64,000 nucleotides of DNA, taken from assembly GCA_965203465.1 (NCBI GenBank), contig CBDBCR010000003.1, positions 288,001 through 352,000 of the forward strand. The letters are read 5' to 3'. The DNA comes from Nitrosopumilaceae archaeon. Its GTDB lineage: Archaea; Thermoproteota; Nitrososphaeria; Nitrososphaerales; Nitrosopumilaceae. Numbering within the stretch: the first letter of the stretch is position 1; each line of letters opens with the position of its first letter. The notes under the pieces are model-generated. The model was not told the DNA's origin and searched no databases. It was given only the letters and a program-made list of their open reading frames with translations. The translations under genes and the position numbers were made by a program. Positions 19,964-29,750 of this stretch are shown piece by piece.

Positions 19964-20473
19964 CTAGGCCATGTCCACCCGCTTGCCGCGCGCGCTGGGC
20001 ACTATCCTGCGGCGCGCCCCGGCAAACTCCATGCCGAACTGCCCGCCGCCCTGGAGCCTGTCGAGGAACACGGCGAGCGCGGCTATCTCCGAGTGCGGCT
20101 GCCCGGTCACCGACACGTTGTACTTTGACTCCTCGTACAGCTCGCGGGGCACCTTGCCGGCCCCGATGACGGCCAGCACCCCGCGCTCCCGGCGTATCTC
20201 CCCGACCGCCTCGGAGACGGGCGTGCCGTACATCGTCAGGTGCACCGGCGAGAGGCCGGCGGCGCGCCTCTGCCGCAGCGTGGAGCGCCAGCTGTTCGTG
20301 CGGACCAGCTCAAAGCCGCCGCCCCACGATTCGCGCACCGAGCCGAGCGTGCCGTCCAGGTCGTCCCCCGCCCAGTCCATGTGTATGCGCGAGGCGCCGA
20401 ACGCGCGCGCCACGAGCGCCGCGTGCGTGGTCACCCGGTCGTCGCGCACCAGCCTGCCGCCCACGCGCAGCAC
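19964..20473 (-). CDS. trm56: tRNA (cytidine56-2'-O)-methyltransferase
   Basis: RDDRVTTH.ALVARAFGA, VHLTMYG, QPHSEIAAL. Confidence 0.92.
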   Translation of the reverse strand: MLRVGGRLVRDDRVTTHAALVARAFGASRIHMDWAGDDLDGTLGSVRESWGGGFELVRTNSWRSTLRQRRAAGLSPVHLTMYGTPVSEAVGEIRRERGVLAVIGAGKVPRELYEESKYNVSVTGQPHSEIAALAVFLDRLQGGGQFGMEFAGARRRIVPSARGKRVDMA

Positions 20474-20475
20474 CT

Positions 20476-21546
20476 CTATTTCCAGCCCGCGTCACCCGGC
20501 CCGGCGGCCCCCGCTATCTGCCCGGCCAGGCCCTCCACCCGGCCGGAGCGCGCAGAGACGGGCACGCCCCCCTCTATGCCCAGGGCGGCGGCGCGCTCCA
20601 GCGCCTCGCCGGCGCCCGTGATATCGGACTTGTTGAGCGCGTACACCAGCCTGCCCTTTTCGACCCCGAGCGAGCCGAGCGTGCGCGAGCAGCTGCGGAA
20701 CTTTTTGCGCAGCAGCTCCGGCGGATCGCTGACGTCTATCACCACCACCACCGCGGCCGAGTGGACCAGCTCCTCGAGCGTCGAGCGGAACGCGTCCACC
20801 ATGTACGCGGGCAGGCCGCTGATGAAGCCGACCGTGTCCGAGAGCAGGAACGTCTCGCCTCCCGCATGCAGGCGCCTCATCGTGGTCGAAAGCGTCGTGA
20901 ACAGGCCCGGCGACTCGGGGCGCGACTCGCCGGTCAGCGCGTTGAACAGGGTGGTCTTGCCCGCCGACGTGTACCCCGCCAGCGAGACGGTCCTGAACCC
21001 CTGCCGCGCCCTCGACTGGCGGTGGAGCTCGCGCTGCTTGCCGGCCTTTGCCAGCTTGCGCGAGACCGCCTGCATGCGGTGCCGTATGTCGTCGCGGTAC
21101 GCGTCGGCCTCGAACTTGCCTATCCCCATGAACCCGGGCTGCTCGCCCATCTTGGAGAGCCTGACCTTTTCGCGCGCGCGGGCCATCTCGTAGCGCATCT
21201 TGCCGAGGCGCACCTGCAGCTTTGACTCGGCGCTCGAGGCGCGCCCCTCGAATATCTCGAGTATCAGGGATTCGCGGTCGAGTATGTTGCGGCGCAGGCG
21301 CGAGGCCAAGTTGTAGTTCTGGCTGGGCCGGAGCACCTCGTCGTAGACGATGACGTCCGGCTCGAGGCGCCGGGCCGAGTCCTCCAGCCTGCGCACCGTC
21401 TCCTCGCCTATGCCGTACTTTGGGCGGTCCAGGTACTCCTGCCTGATTATGGAGTCGACCCGGTAGCCGGCCGCGCGGCACAGCGAGACGGCCTCGTCCA
21501 CGGCGTCCCTGCGGCCGTACGTTATCAGTATGGCAGAGCCGGGCAA
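20476..21546 (-). CDS. hflX: GTPase HflX
   Basis: [23 protein letters not shown]. Confidence 0.93.
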   Translation of the reverse strand: MPGSAILITYGRRDAVDEAVSLCRAAGYRVDSIIRQEYLDRPKYGIGEETVRRLEDSARRLEPDVIVYDEVLRPSQNYNLASRLRRNILDRESLILEIFEGRASSAESKLQVRLGKMRYEMARAREKVRLSKMGEQPGFMGIGKFEADAYRDDIRHRMQAVSRKLAKAGKQRELHRQSRARQGFRTVSLAGYTSAGKTTLFNALTGESRPESPGLFTTLSTTMRRLHAGGETFLLSDTVGFISGLPAYMVDAFRSTLEELVHSAAVVVVIDVSDPPELLRKKFRSCSRTLGSLGVEKGRLVYALNKSDITGAGEALERAAALGIEGGVPVSARSGRVEGLAGQIAGAAGPGDAGWK

Positions 21547-21549
21547 CGC

Positions 21550-22602
21550 TCACCTCGGGGGCCTGCCGCCCTTTAGCAGCGCCTTTTCTATGTTGAGGTT
21601 TATGGCTATCTCGGCGATGTCGCTGGCGTACTCTGATATGCGCCGCAGGTTGCCCGACATGCGCCGCGCCCGGAACACCGTCTCCTCGTCGCGCGCGCGC
21701 AGGTCGGCCACGCGCTTTTCGTGGCGCGAGATCTCGAGGCACCGCAGTATCGTGCGCTCGGCCTGCACGTAGTCCTCCTTGAACAGGGCGAGGCACGCCT
21801 CGTCGAGCACCTCGATGGAGAACGCGCTCATCTTCTGCAGCGCGGCGAACGCGTCGGGCCGCACGCCCTCGCCGAACTCCACGAGGTCGCGCGCTATGAG
21901 CGCGGCGTGGTCGGCGGCCCGCTCTATGCTCTTTGCCACGATGCGGTACCCCAGGCAGTGGCGCGCGTCGCGCAGGCCCATCTCCTCCATCATGTGCTCG
22001 TTCTGCACTGCTATCTTGATCTGCCGGATGATGTAGAACCCGAACCTGTCGACCTCGTCGTCGGTGTTGACGACCTCCTCTGCCAGGTCGGCGTTGGACT
22101 CTTTTACGGAGAGCATCGCGTCGGTCAGCATGGTGCGCGCGAGGTGCAGCATCCGCTTGAGGGCCCCCTCGACCGACAGATCCATCAGGTTGACCAGCAC
22201 CTGCACGGTGATGCCGGCGCTCGAGTCCGATATTATCTCCGAGCCCATCAGCATGCGCTTGACGGACCCCTTGACGGCGGCGCGCTGCTGCGGCCCGAGC
22301 CTGCCGCCGCGCGGCACCACGTGTATCATCCTGAACCCCAGAAAGTACAGCGAGATGAGCTTGCGCACGACGGTCTGGATCTGCTCGTCGGGCGAGATCT
22401 CGACGTAGGCGTCGTCCTTGTGGCGCGCAGAGGCCCTGTGCTTCACCGGCGTGACGTGCAGGCCGGCAGCGCCGCGCCTCTGCATCGCCAGCTGGTCGCC
22501 CTGGCGCAGGCCGAGGTCGGTCACCCACCGCTTGGGGAGCGAGACGATGTACGAGGACTTGCCGGTGAACTGTATCTTGCGTGTCTCCTCGCGCTCCTCC
22601 AC
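21550..22602 (-). CDS. AbrB-PhoU phosphate-uptake regulator family protein
   Basis: RKIQFTGKSSYIVSLPKRW, DDEVDR, IERAADHA. Confidence 0.9.
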   Translation of the reverse strand: MEEREETRKIQFTGKSSYIVSLPKRWVTDLGLRQGDQLAMQRRGAAGLHVTPVKHRASARHKDDAYVEISPDEQIQTVVRKLISLYFLGFRMIHVVPRGGRLGPQQRAAVKGSVKRMLMGSEIISDSSAGITVQVLVNLMDLSVEGALKRMLHLARTMLTDAMLSVKESNADLAEEVVNTDDEVDRFGFYIIRQIKIAVQNEHMMEEMGLRDARHCLGYRIVAKSIERAADHAALIARDLVEFGEGVRPDAFAALQKMSAFSIEVLDEACLALFKEDYVQAERTILRCLEISRHEKRVADLRARDEETVFRARRMSGNLRRISEYASDIAEIAINLNIEKALLKGGRPPR

Positions 22603-22653
22603 GGCCCGGGCGCGCGTGCATACTATATAGAGCATGGCGCGCGGCCAAGACGG

Positions 22654-23121
22654 GTGGATCCGCGCACAAAGCTGGAACGCACGGTAGACGCCCTGTTCGG
22701 CGCGGGCGTCTCGGCCGCGCTGCCCCCGGAGCTGGACATGACGTTCTCCTCCAACGGCAGGCTCCGCGGCGTCTCGGACGCCTCGGGGCCGCTCGCGACG
22801 CTGCGCATAGACGGCGGGCTGGCCGTCTCGGTCAGGCTGGCGCAGATGCTCCGCGGCGCCGAGGCCTTTTCGGGCAACTGCCTCGGCGTCTCTGACGAGG
22901 CCGGCCCGTTCGCCGAAAAGGGGTACTCTGTGTTCGCAAAGCACGTGATCTGGTGCGGCCGGAACATACGGCCCGGCTCCGAGGCGGCCGTGATCTACGG
23001 CGGCAGGGTCGCCGCGGTCGGCAGGGCCGCGATCCCCGCCCGGATGATGGGGGCCCCGAGGGGCGTGGCCGTGCGGGTCAGGGATAGCTTAAAAACGAAG
23101 GACGGGCGGGACAGGGCATGA
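22654..23121 (+). CDS. PUA-domain protein (archaeosine TGT C-terminal-like)
   Basis: LATLR.DG, G.SVFAKHV, IRPG.E, GVAVRVR. Confidence 0.82.
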   Translation: MDPRTKLERTVDALFGAGVSAALPPELDMTFSSNGRLRGVSDASGPLATLRIDGGLAVSVRLAQMLRGAEAFSGNCLGVSDEAGPFAEKGYSVFAKHVIWCGRNIRPGSEAAVIYGGRVAAVGRAAIPARMMGAPRGVAVRVRDSLKTKDGRDRA

Positions 23122-23462
23122 TGCGTGGGGGCAACCGCCAGATGCGCAGGATGATGGACAAGATGAGCGCCAACATGAAGGAGATAGAGGGCGTAAAGGA
23201 GGTCATAATCAGGACCGCGAAAAAAGAGATCGTCATACCGGAGCCGTCCGTCCAAGAGATCGCCGGCACCCCCGACGCGTGCGTCTTTGCGGTGACGGGC
23301 AAGGACTACGAGGAGGTCGAGCGCGACGTAATCGACTTTCCCGACGAGGACGTGGATCTCGTGTGCGCGCAGACCGGCGCGGACAGGCAGAAGGCCGTCG
23401 AGGCCCTCTCCGAGACGCGCGGCGACCTGGCCCAAGCCATACTCATGCTAAAGACCGGCTAG
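23118..23462 (+). CDS. nac: Nascent polypeptide-associated complex protein
   Basis: RQMRRMM, EVII, C-terminal UBA domain GDLAQAI. Confidence 0.93.
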   Translation: MMRGGNRQMRRMMDKMSANMKEIEGVKEVIIRTAKKEIVIPEPSVQEIAGTPDACVFAVTGKDYEEVERDVIDFPDEDVDLVCAQTGADRQKAVEALSETRGDLAQAILMLKTG

Positions 23463-24291
23463 CGGGCGCGCGTTCCGGCGGCCGGTTTGGCGAGTCGCGG
23501 ACGCGCGCAAGGATCCACCAGGTTCTCAACGCCGAGAGCGGCTTTGCGAATCTTGGCCCTCCTGGAATTTCCGGGCGCAAGCCACCCGACAGCGCGTCCG
23601 GCCGCTTCGCCTTGTAGAAGACAAGAGATCGGGGAGCTAAAACCAGAATTGGCCGGCGCCGCGGATCTGGGGCGCCCGGTTTGGCTCCGGAGGCGATCTC
23701 GCCCGAGCACGTACCCGACGCCATCGCGTCGCGCGATTCTGACGAAAGCGTTTTCTTGTGCAGGGGAGCGGCTGGCGGATCCGAAGGGCGGCCGGGCGCG
23801 CGGTCTTGCGCCCGGTTCGCGCGTCTTGGAAAGAAACGGCGGCCGACCGGAGCGCCGCAAAAGAGTCGAGGCTTGTGCGCCGATACGGGAGCGCGTCGAT
23901 CCGCCGCGGGCCTGCGCGGAGCGGCGTCCGGCCCCGAAAGACGCGGGCTTCTGCAAAAAGCCGCCGCGCGCGGGATGAGTCCGGCAGGCCCATCCGCGGC
24001 GTTGATCGCGGCCGCAAGAGCCCCGGAACGGGCCTGCCGGCGGCTGGTGGCGCCCCGGCTGCGCCCGGCGCCGCGCAGTTCTCCAACGCCGTCGGCCCGG
24101 CTGCGCATAGCCGCGTGCGCCGTACGCGGCAGAACCGCCGCGGGCCGAGATCCCCGAGCCGCGGCCCTGTCTGCGCGCCGCCTAGCCGGCGCAGGCGGGC
24201 GCCGGGCGCGGGCAGGGGGTACTGTTGCGAATTCGTGGGGTAGCCCCCGGCTAGGGCGCGGAGCCGGGTTAGGCATATATCGAATCCAGAA

Positions 24292-24376
24292 AGCCGCCAA
24301 GCGCGGGATTCGAACCCGCGAAAGGCTTTCGAGACCTTGCCGCCAGTCAGGGCGGTGCCCATCCAAGCGTGCAGGC
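24292..24376 (-). ncRNA. tRNA-like (Ser/Leu-type) degenerate element inside the IS end
   Basis: perfect T-arm GCGGG-TTCGAAT-CCCGC, long variable-arm hairpin, CCGCC-CTGACT-GGCGG stem; acceptor 5' strand and D-arm not canonical. Confidence 0.5.
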
Positions 24377-24414
24377 GCGCCGGCCGGAACTGGCCGGGCG
24401 CGGCCTGCGCGATC

Positions 24415-25317
24415 TTAGACCCGCTTCCCCGTCTGGGCGAGGTACCGGCTCCCGTTCTGGATCATAGTCCGCCACTTGTCGGCCCCCTCGATGAAGATCC
24501 CGGCTTCCTCGCCGGGCGTCCGCTTCAAGGTCTGGTGCTTGCGGGCGTGGTTGTAATTCACGCGGATGCCGCAGAACTCGCGGGTGTGCTTGCCTTGCAG
24601 GCCCCTGAACGTCTTTTCCCTGTCCCGTATCGTACCGTTGAGCCGTTCCATGCGGTTGTTGTTGTCCTTGCCCTTGCGGACGCCGGTGATGTGTATTTCC
24701 CGCACGTGCTCCGTCAACGGCAATACCTCCTCGGCGGCCACCCGGTACGAGTTCAATCCGTCGGTTATCATCCTGGCCGGTATCTTGCCTGTTTGCTCCA
24801 GCGTATCCTGAAACAGCTTGGTCGCGTCGTGGCCCTCCTTGCGGTCGGCCAGGTCCGAGGCCAGCCAATATCTGGTATCGTTGTCCATCGAAGAGAAAAG
24901 ATACATGAGGTCGCCGGCCACCTTTACGTAGAGCTCGTCGGCGCGGTAGTCGCTGCCTGTCTCGGGCTTTTGCCTGTCCATGTAGGCGGCCGCCACGGGG
25001 CCGTATCTTTCCACCCACCTGAATACCGCAGACCTGTCGATCTTGAGCCCCCGCGCCTCCAGGTTCTCGGCAATCTTGCCCACCGAGAGGCCGGAAAAGT
25101 GGAGCCGCAGGCATTCGGTGATCACGGCCCGCGAGTACCGCCTGTACCTGAACCCGAACCGGGCCGAAAACACCCGGTTGCATTCGCGGCACTTCATCAG
25201 TTGCGTGATACCGGACTTGTTCTGCCGTATGCCGTTCTTGTAGATGTGCCTGGAATTGCAGTACTTGCACTTTGTCGGCGTGTCGAAATTCTTTACCGTC
25301 TTTACGTATCTCTGCAT
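24415..25317 (-). CDS. IS6-family DDE transposase with N-terminal zinc ribbon
   Basis: CKYC..CREC, ADELYVKV, ITDG, NNRMERLNG; the ORF could start at 25368. Confidence 0.9.
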   Translation of the reverse strand: MQRYVKTVKNFDTPTKCKYCNSRHIYKNGIRQNKSGITQLMKCRECNRVFSARFGFRYRRYSRAVITECLRLHFSGLSVGKIAENLEARGLKIDRSAVFRWVERYGPVAAAYMDRQKPETGSDYRADELYVKVAGDLMYLFSSMDNDTRYWLASDLADRKEGHDATKLFQDTLEQTGKIPARMITDGLNSYRVAAEEVLPLTEHVREIHITGVRKGKDNNNRMERLNGTIRDREKTFRGLQGKHTREFCGIRVNYNHARKHQTLKRTPGEEAGIFIEGADKWRTMIQNGSRYLAQTGKRV

Positions 25318-25414
25318 GCCCCTGGGTACGGGCCGTGGTAATAAAAACATTGCCAAGTAAATTGCCATGTGGAAAACGGGTCAAATTCATAAAGAGGTCA
25401 ATTTACTTGCCTGT

Positions 25415-25597
25415 ATGAAAATAGGAACCAACGTGACCTCGCTCTCGCTGGCCGTCGAAAAGAGCTCCACGCTGCGCACGACCGTGCCGGCCGCGGTGGC
25501 CGACAAGCTCGGCCTCAAAAAGGGCGATCGCGTAAAGTGGGATTTCGACAAGGTGGACGGCGAGTGGTTCGCCACGGTCAGGAAGCGGCCGGAATGA
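25415..25597 (+). CDS. AbrB/MazE/SpoVT-family DNA-binding protein
   Basis: LRTTVP..VA..LGLKKGD.V.W. Confidence 0.8.
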   Translation: MKIGTNVTSLSLAVEKSSTLRTTVPAAVADKLGLKKGDRVKWDFDKVDGEWFATVRKRPE

Positions 25598-25680
25598 GCC
25601 TCAAGATAGCCCTGACCTTGATTTTCGTGGCGGGTGCGGGCCTTGCGCTGGTATCAGGCGTGATCGCGGCCATGCCGTGA
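25594..25680 (+). CDS. 28-aa hydrophobic peptide MSLKIALTLIFVAGAGLALVSGVIAAMP
   Basis: ATGA overlap with the AbrB stop codon; single TM segment. Confidence 0.45.
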   Translation: MSLKIALTLIFVAGAGLALVSGVIAAMP

Positions 25681-25793
25681 ACGCCGTTATCTTGAAAGTG
25701 TTATAATTGTTAATAACGCTTGGCCACACTTAATAACGACTCAGTGCCCGCCCGCGCCGTGCTCCCGGAGGGTCGGGCTGTGAGGGCGGCCGA

Positions 25794-26802
25794 ATGTCCC
25801 TCTTAAAGCAGGCGCGCCGCCAAGTGCCGTTTTTGGACACGGTAAAGTGCGGCGACAGCGCCCAGATGCTCAGGTCGTTCCCCGACAATTCAGTCGATCT
25901 GGTGATCACGTCCCCGCCGTACTTCCAGCAGCGGGCGTACGGCTGGGGCGGAGCGGGTGAAGAGAAGCGCGTTGACGGGTACATAGACGCCGTCATGGAG
26001 GTATTCCAGCAGTGCGTCCGGATAACCAAGGACACGGGCAGCATAGTGTTCAACATGGGCGACAAGTACCTCAACGGCAGTCTGGCGCTGGTACCGTACA
26101 GGTTCGCCATAGAAGCAACCGACGGCGGGGGCGTCAAACTGGTGAACGACATCACGTGGGTGAAGTCCAACCCGACGCCTCGCCAGTTCCAGCGCAGGCT
26201 CGTGAGCAGCACGGAGCCGTTTTTCCACTTCGTGAAATCGGACGGCTATTTCTACAACATAGGCGCGTTCAAGGGGGGGGGGGGACGCGCGCGACGGCAA
26301 GCCGCCAAAAAACACGACGATCGGGGGCCGGTACAAGGATCTCGTCAAAAAGTCGGATCTGACGCCGCGCCAGAAGCGGCTCGCCCTGGCCGCGCTGGCC
26401 GAGACCGTCCAAGAGGTCAAGTCGGGCAAGATACACAGCTTCCGCATGAAAATACGGGGCATACACTCGCCGGCGTTCGGCGGCCAAGCCGGGGGCAGGC
26501 AGATCCAGATTGAGAAAAACGGATTCACCATAATCAAGCTGTCCGGCAAGTCGCTGGCCCGCGATGTCGTGGTTCACAAGGTCGAGAGCCTGAAGTGGAA
26601 CGACCACCCGGCCATATACCCAGAGAAAATAATACGCGACATGATAGAGCTGCTCACGCCCGAAGGCGCCGTAGTGATCGATCCGTATATGGGGAGCGGC
26701 ACGACCGGCGTGGCCGCCAAGACCGCCGGGCGCCGGTGGGCCGGGATAGACATCAACCCCGAATACTGCGAGGCGGCCAACAGGAGGATCGGCAAAGCGT
26801 GA
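25794..26802 (+). pseudogene. Beta-class N4-C/N6-A DNA methyltransferase, frameshifted at G12
   Basis: TSPPY in the 5' ORF and DPYMGSGTTG in the 3' ORF; G12 at 26273-26284, and G11 gives one continuous ORF. Confidence 0.85.
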
Positions 26803-27902
26803 ACGACGGCTTGGACACGTACAGGCAGAAACTGGAAGGCTGTCTGGAAAAGGCCAAGGACGGAGGCGCGCCGATCGACGACGAGACGGCCGGGATGGTG
26901 CGGATCGTCGTGGACAATTCCGGCAACGCCACGGGCGTCCTAGCCGTCACGCTCACGTCCCTGTTGAAAAAATCGATCGACCGGGGGCAGGATGTCCGCA
27001 TGCATCAATTCCAGATGCCGGGCGGCTATTCGGGGCGGGGGCTGGACAGCAAGGTCGTGACGCCGTGGCTGAAAAGGCACTATTTCCCGGCCATGCGTTC
27101 GGGCTCCGGCTGGCTCACGCGCTCGCTGGAGCAGGCCGTGCCGTACACGCTGGATTATCCCGGCAAGATCAACCCGCCGCCGGTCAAGGCGGCGTTTCTC
27201 GGGATTTTGGACGCGGTGCAGGACGGGGCTGATCCGGACGCGCTCATAGTATATTTCGCCGAGAGGCTGATCGAGAAACGGGAGCGGGAGCGCGTCGATC
27301 TCACGCTTCCGGCGGGCAGGCGCATAAACGACATAGTGGACATGCTCGGCAGGCATTTCACGGCCGACTACGGGGGCGCGCACGGGGCCGCCCGCCTGCC
27401 GGTGCTTGCCATATACGCGGCCTACGAGCAGATGATGGCAGAGTTGCGCCGCTACAAGGGGTGCGAGCTGAGGCCCATGCAGCACCACACGGCGGCAGAC
27501 GCCAAGACCGGCACCGTGGGGGACATAGAGGTCGAGGACGGGGGCGGCAGGCTGTTCGAGGCGCTGGAAATCAAGCACGGGCAGGCCATAACGCTGGCAA
27601 TGGTCGAGAACGCCTACGAGAAGTTCAGATCGGAGGGTATAAAACGGTATTACGTTCTCACCACGCACGAGGACTATCAAGGATCTGATGATATGACCGA
27701 CAAGATACTGGAAATCCACAGGAACACCGGGTGTCAGGTGATCGTCAACGGTGTCATGCATACGCTCAGGTACTACCTGAGGCTGCTTGACGACCCGACG
27801 GACTTTCTGCGCCGGTACGTCGACCAGCTCAACCAGGATCCCACGGTGCTGTACGAACACAAGTCCGAATGGAACAGGATAGCCGGAGGCGCGTTGGTAT
27901 GA
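26799..27902 (+). CDS. Putative type II restriction endonuclease (PD-(D/E)XK)
   Basis: GTGA overlap with the MTase; AD..TG..GDIEV...EIK catalytic-like motif. Confidence 0.65.
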   Translation: MNDGLDTYRQKLEGCLEKAKDGGAPIDDETAGMVRIVVDNSGNATGVLAVTLTSLLKKSIDRGQDVRMHQFQMPGGYSGRGLDSKVVTPWLKRHYFPAMRSGSGWLTRSLEQAVPYTLDYPGKINPPPVKAAFLGILDAVQDGADPDALIVYFAERLIEKRERERVDLTLPAGRRINDIVDMLGRHFTADYGGAHGAARLPVLAIYAAYEQMMAELRRYKGCELRPMQHHTAADAKTGTVGDIEVEDGGGRLFEALEIKHGQAITLAMVENAYEKFRSEGIKRYYVLTTHEDYQGSDDMTDKILEIHRNTGCQVIVNGVMHTLRYYLRLLDDPTDFLRRYVDQLNQDPTVLYEHKSEWNRIAGGALV

Positions 27903-28126
27903 TGGTGGGCATATCCGAACTGATAAGAAACGTGTTCAGCGACGGCGAGATACACACGCTGGAGGAGGCGTATCTGGCGGTGCTGGCGAGGATGAAGGCG
28001 GCGGAGGTCGAAGTAAGCGACGGCACCGTGCGCCACCGCGTCAGGAGCCGGGTACATGGCCTACACAAAAGCGGCGCAATCAAGCGCGTCGGGCCGGCGG
28101 CTTACATACTCAACAAGGACGGGTAG
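27899..28126 (+). CDS. Small winged-helix-like protein
   Basis: ATGA-coupled; TLEEAY..VRSRVHGL..G.I.RVG...Y. Confidence 0.6.
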   Translation: MMVGISELIRNVFSDGEIHTLEEAYLAVLARMKAAEVEVSDGTVRHRVRSRVHGLHKSGAIKRVGPAAYILNKDG

Positions 28127-28356
28127 GCTGCCGCGCCGATGATCGGGGGCGCGAATTGGAAGCGGCACCGTCGCGCTTCTAGCACGTCGGTACGGGCGTC
28201 CCGGTTCCCGTGCGGGACTCGGGCAGGCGCGCGTCGGCCGGCCCGTGCTTCGTCATGTCCGTGAACGCCGGCCTCACCCTGCCGCCGACGGCCTTGAGCG
28301 TCCCAACGGCCTCTTCGAGGCCCACGCCGTACCAGTGCATCGGGCCGCGCGCCGCC

Positions 28357-28578
28357 CTACCAAAAAACCATGTCCGTCTTTATTTCATTGGATTCCGACC
28401 TTACCGTGACGCGGCGCTTCAGCTTGCCGTCTTTGCCGCGTTCGTACCTCCAGGCCGTCCCGTCGCCCCGGTGCACGGTGAGCGTCTTTACCGGCTCCCC
28501 GTCGTAGACGCGGCGGCGGAAAATCTGGAGGGGTGGCCGCCACTTCGCTTCCACTGCCGGCGATCGCCGAGCGCCCAT
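28357..28578 (-). CDS. Small basic hypothetical protein (IS cargo)
   Basis: ATG ORF with TTAAA immediately upstream. Confidence 0.4.
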   Translation of the reverse strand: MGARRSPAVEAKWRPPLQIFRRRVYDGEPVKTLTVHRGDGTAWRYERGKDGKLKRRVTVRSESNEIKTDMVFW

Positions 28579-28703
28579 TTAAGAGCCGGGCTTCTGGCCT
28601 CTGGCCGCGCCATGCCTAGCCGGGGGCTACCCCACGAATTCGCAACAGTGCCGGGCAGGGCCGCCACCGAACGGTTAATAGCGGGAGGGCCGGGCGGCCG
28701 GCC

Positions 28704-29030
28704 GTGAGCGAGTCAAAGGTGGCAGGCATAGTCGGGGCCCTGTCAGAGCTCGAAGACAGGATAGACGCCCTCCACGGCCGCACAGGCGAGGCCGAAAAGG
28801 CCGTAGCGGCCAAGGCCCAGTCCGAGATCGCCCGGCTCGCCGAAGAGACGCGCAAGGCCGCGTCCCGCGAGGCCGAGGAGGCCGTAGCGGCCGCGCGCGC
28901 CAAGGCCGAAAAAGAGGCGGCCCTCATAGCCGAAAAGGGCCAAGAGGAGCTCGCCCGGACAAAGGCGAGCATGGAACAGAACTTTTCCCGGGCGGTAGAT
29001 GCGGCTGTCGCGGCGGTCCTCAAGGCGTAG
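28704..29030 (+). CDS. Coiled-coil protein (A/V-ATPase subunit H/G-like)
   Basis: Ala/Glu/Lys helical composition. Confidence 0.65.
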   Translation: MSESKVAGIVGALSELEDRIDALHGRTGEAEKAVAAKAQSEIARLAEETRKAASREAEEAVAAARAKAEKEAALIAEKGQEELARTKASMEQNFSRAVDAAVAAVLKA

Positions 29031-29691
29031 CGGTGCGCGCGCCCCGCTCGGGTCGCGCCGCATAGCCGTGGCCACCGTGCAGGGGAGGGCGTACTACCGG
29101 TTCTGCTCGGCCCTGCGGGCGCTGGACATCGGCTTCGATACAATACTCCCGTCCCAGATCCAGCGCTACGACGGCAGCGCCGTGCTCACCACGGCCGCCG
29201 AGGCCCCGCGCGAGCCGCGCGTGGCCGTCATACTGGACGAGCAGATGCCGTCCCACCCGACCGTGGTCCACGGCACGCTCGTGCGCGAGCTCGGCTGCGG
29301 GTTCGGCGCGGCGCACCTGGTCATGGGGGTGGATCCGGGCACCAGGCCGGGCCTCTCCGTATGGTACCACGGCCGCGAGATAGAATCGTCGATGCACGCC
29401 TCGCCCGAGTCGCTGGTCTCGCACATGATAGAGATCATGGCCGGCCTGCGCGCGACGGCCAAAAAGGTAAAGATCGGCGACGGCGACAGGGGCGCGGCCT
29501 CGGACATCGCCCGCCGGCTGAGGCTGAGGTACTGCTCGGACTTTGACCTCGAGATCGTAGACGAGCGCGGCACCAGCCCGCGCATGAAGAACCACAACCG
29601 GCGCGGCAAGAGAGACATGGCCTCGGCCCGGTCCATAGCGGGCAGGGACGCGCCGGCCGTCCACCTGCTGCCGCCCTCGCTGACCGGCTGA
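28999..29691 (+). CDS. Conserved hypothetical protein with YqgF/RNase H-like motif
   Basis: MGVDPG..PG, KIGDG, IVDE..TS, D..SA..IA; start uncertain. Confidence 0.65.
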   Translation: MRLSRRSSRRSGARAPLGSRRIAVATVQGRAYYRFCSALRALDIGFDTILPSQIQRYDGSAVLTTAAEAPREPRVAVILDEQMPSHPTVVHGTLVRELGCGFGAAHLVMGVDPGTRPGLSVWYHGREIESSMHASPESLVSHMIEIMAGLRATAKKVKIGDGDRGAASDIARRLRLRYCSDFDLEIVDERGTSPRMKNHNRRGKRDMASARSIAGRDAPAVHLLPPSLTG

Positions 29692-29750
29692 GCGGGCTAG
29701 GCACGGGGCCGCATGGCAGGTATATTAGGAGGTATATAAGACGCGGGCCC

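Larger units (their letters stand above)
24218..28652. mobile_element. IS6-family cargo transposon (4435 bp)
   Basis: 38-bp TIRs GG(T/C)ACTGTTGCGAATTCGTGGGGTAGCCCCCGGCTAGG at 24218-24255 and 28615-28652; 8-bp TSD GGGCAGGG at 24210-24217 and 28653-28660. Confidence 0.92.

Noticed and set aside
23463-24217. Overlapping ORFs in several frames after nac
   Set aside because: GC-rich shadow ORFs with no recognisable domain or codon bias
24292-24376. A functional tRNA-Ser
   Set aside because: 6-nt anticodon loop and unpaired acceptor stem; kept only as tRNA-like
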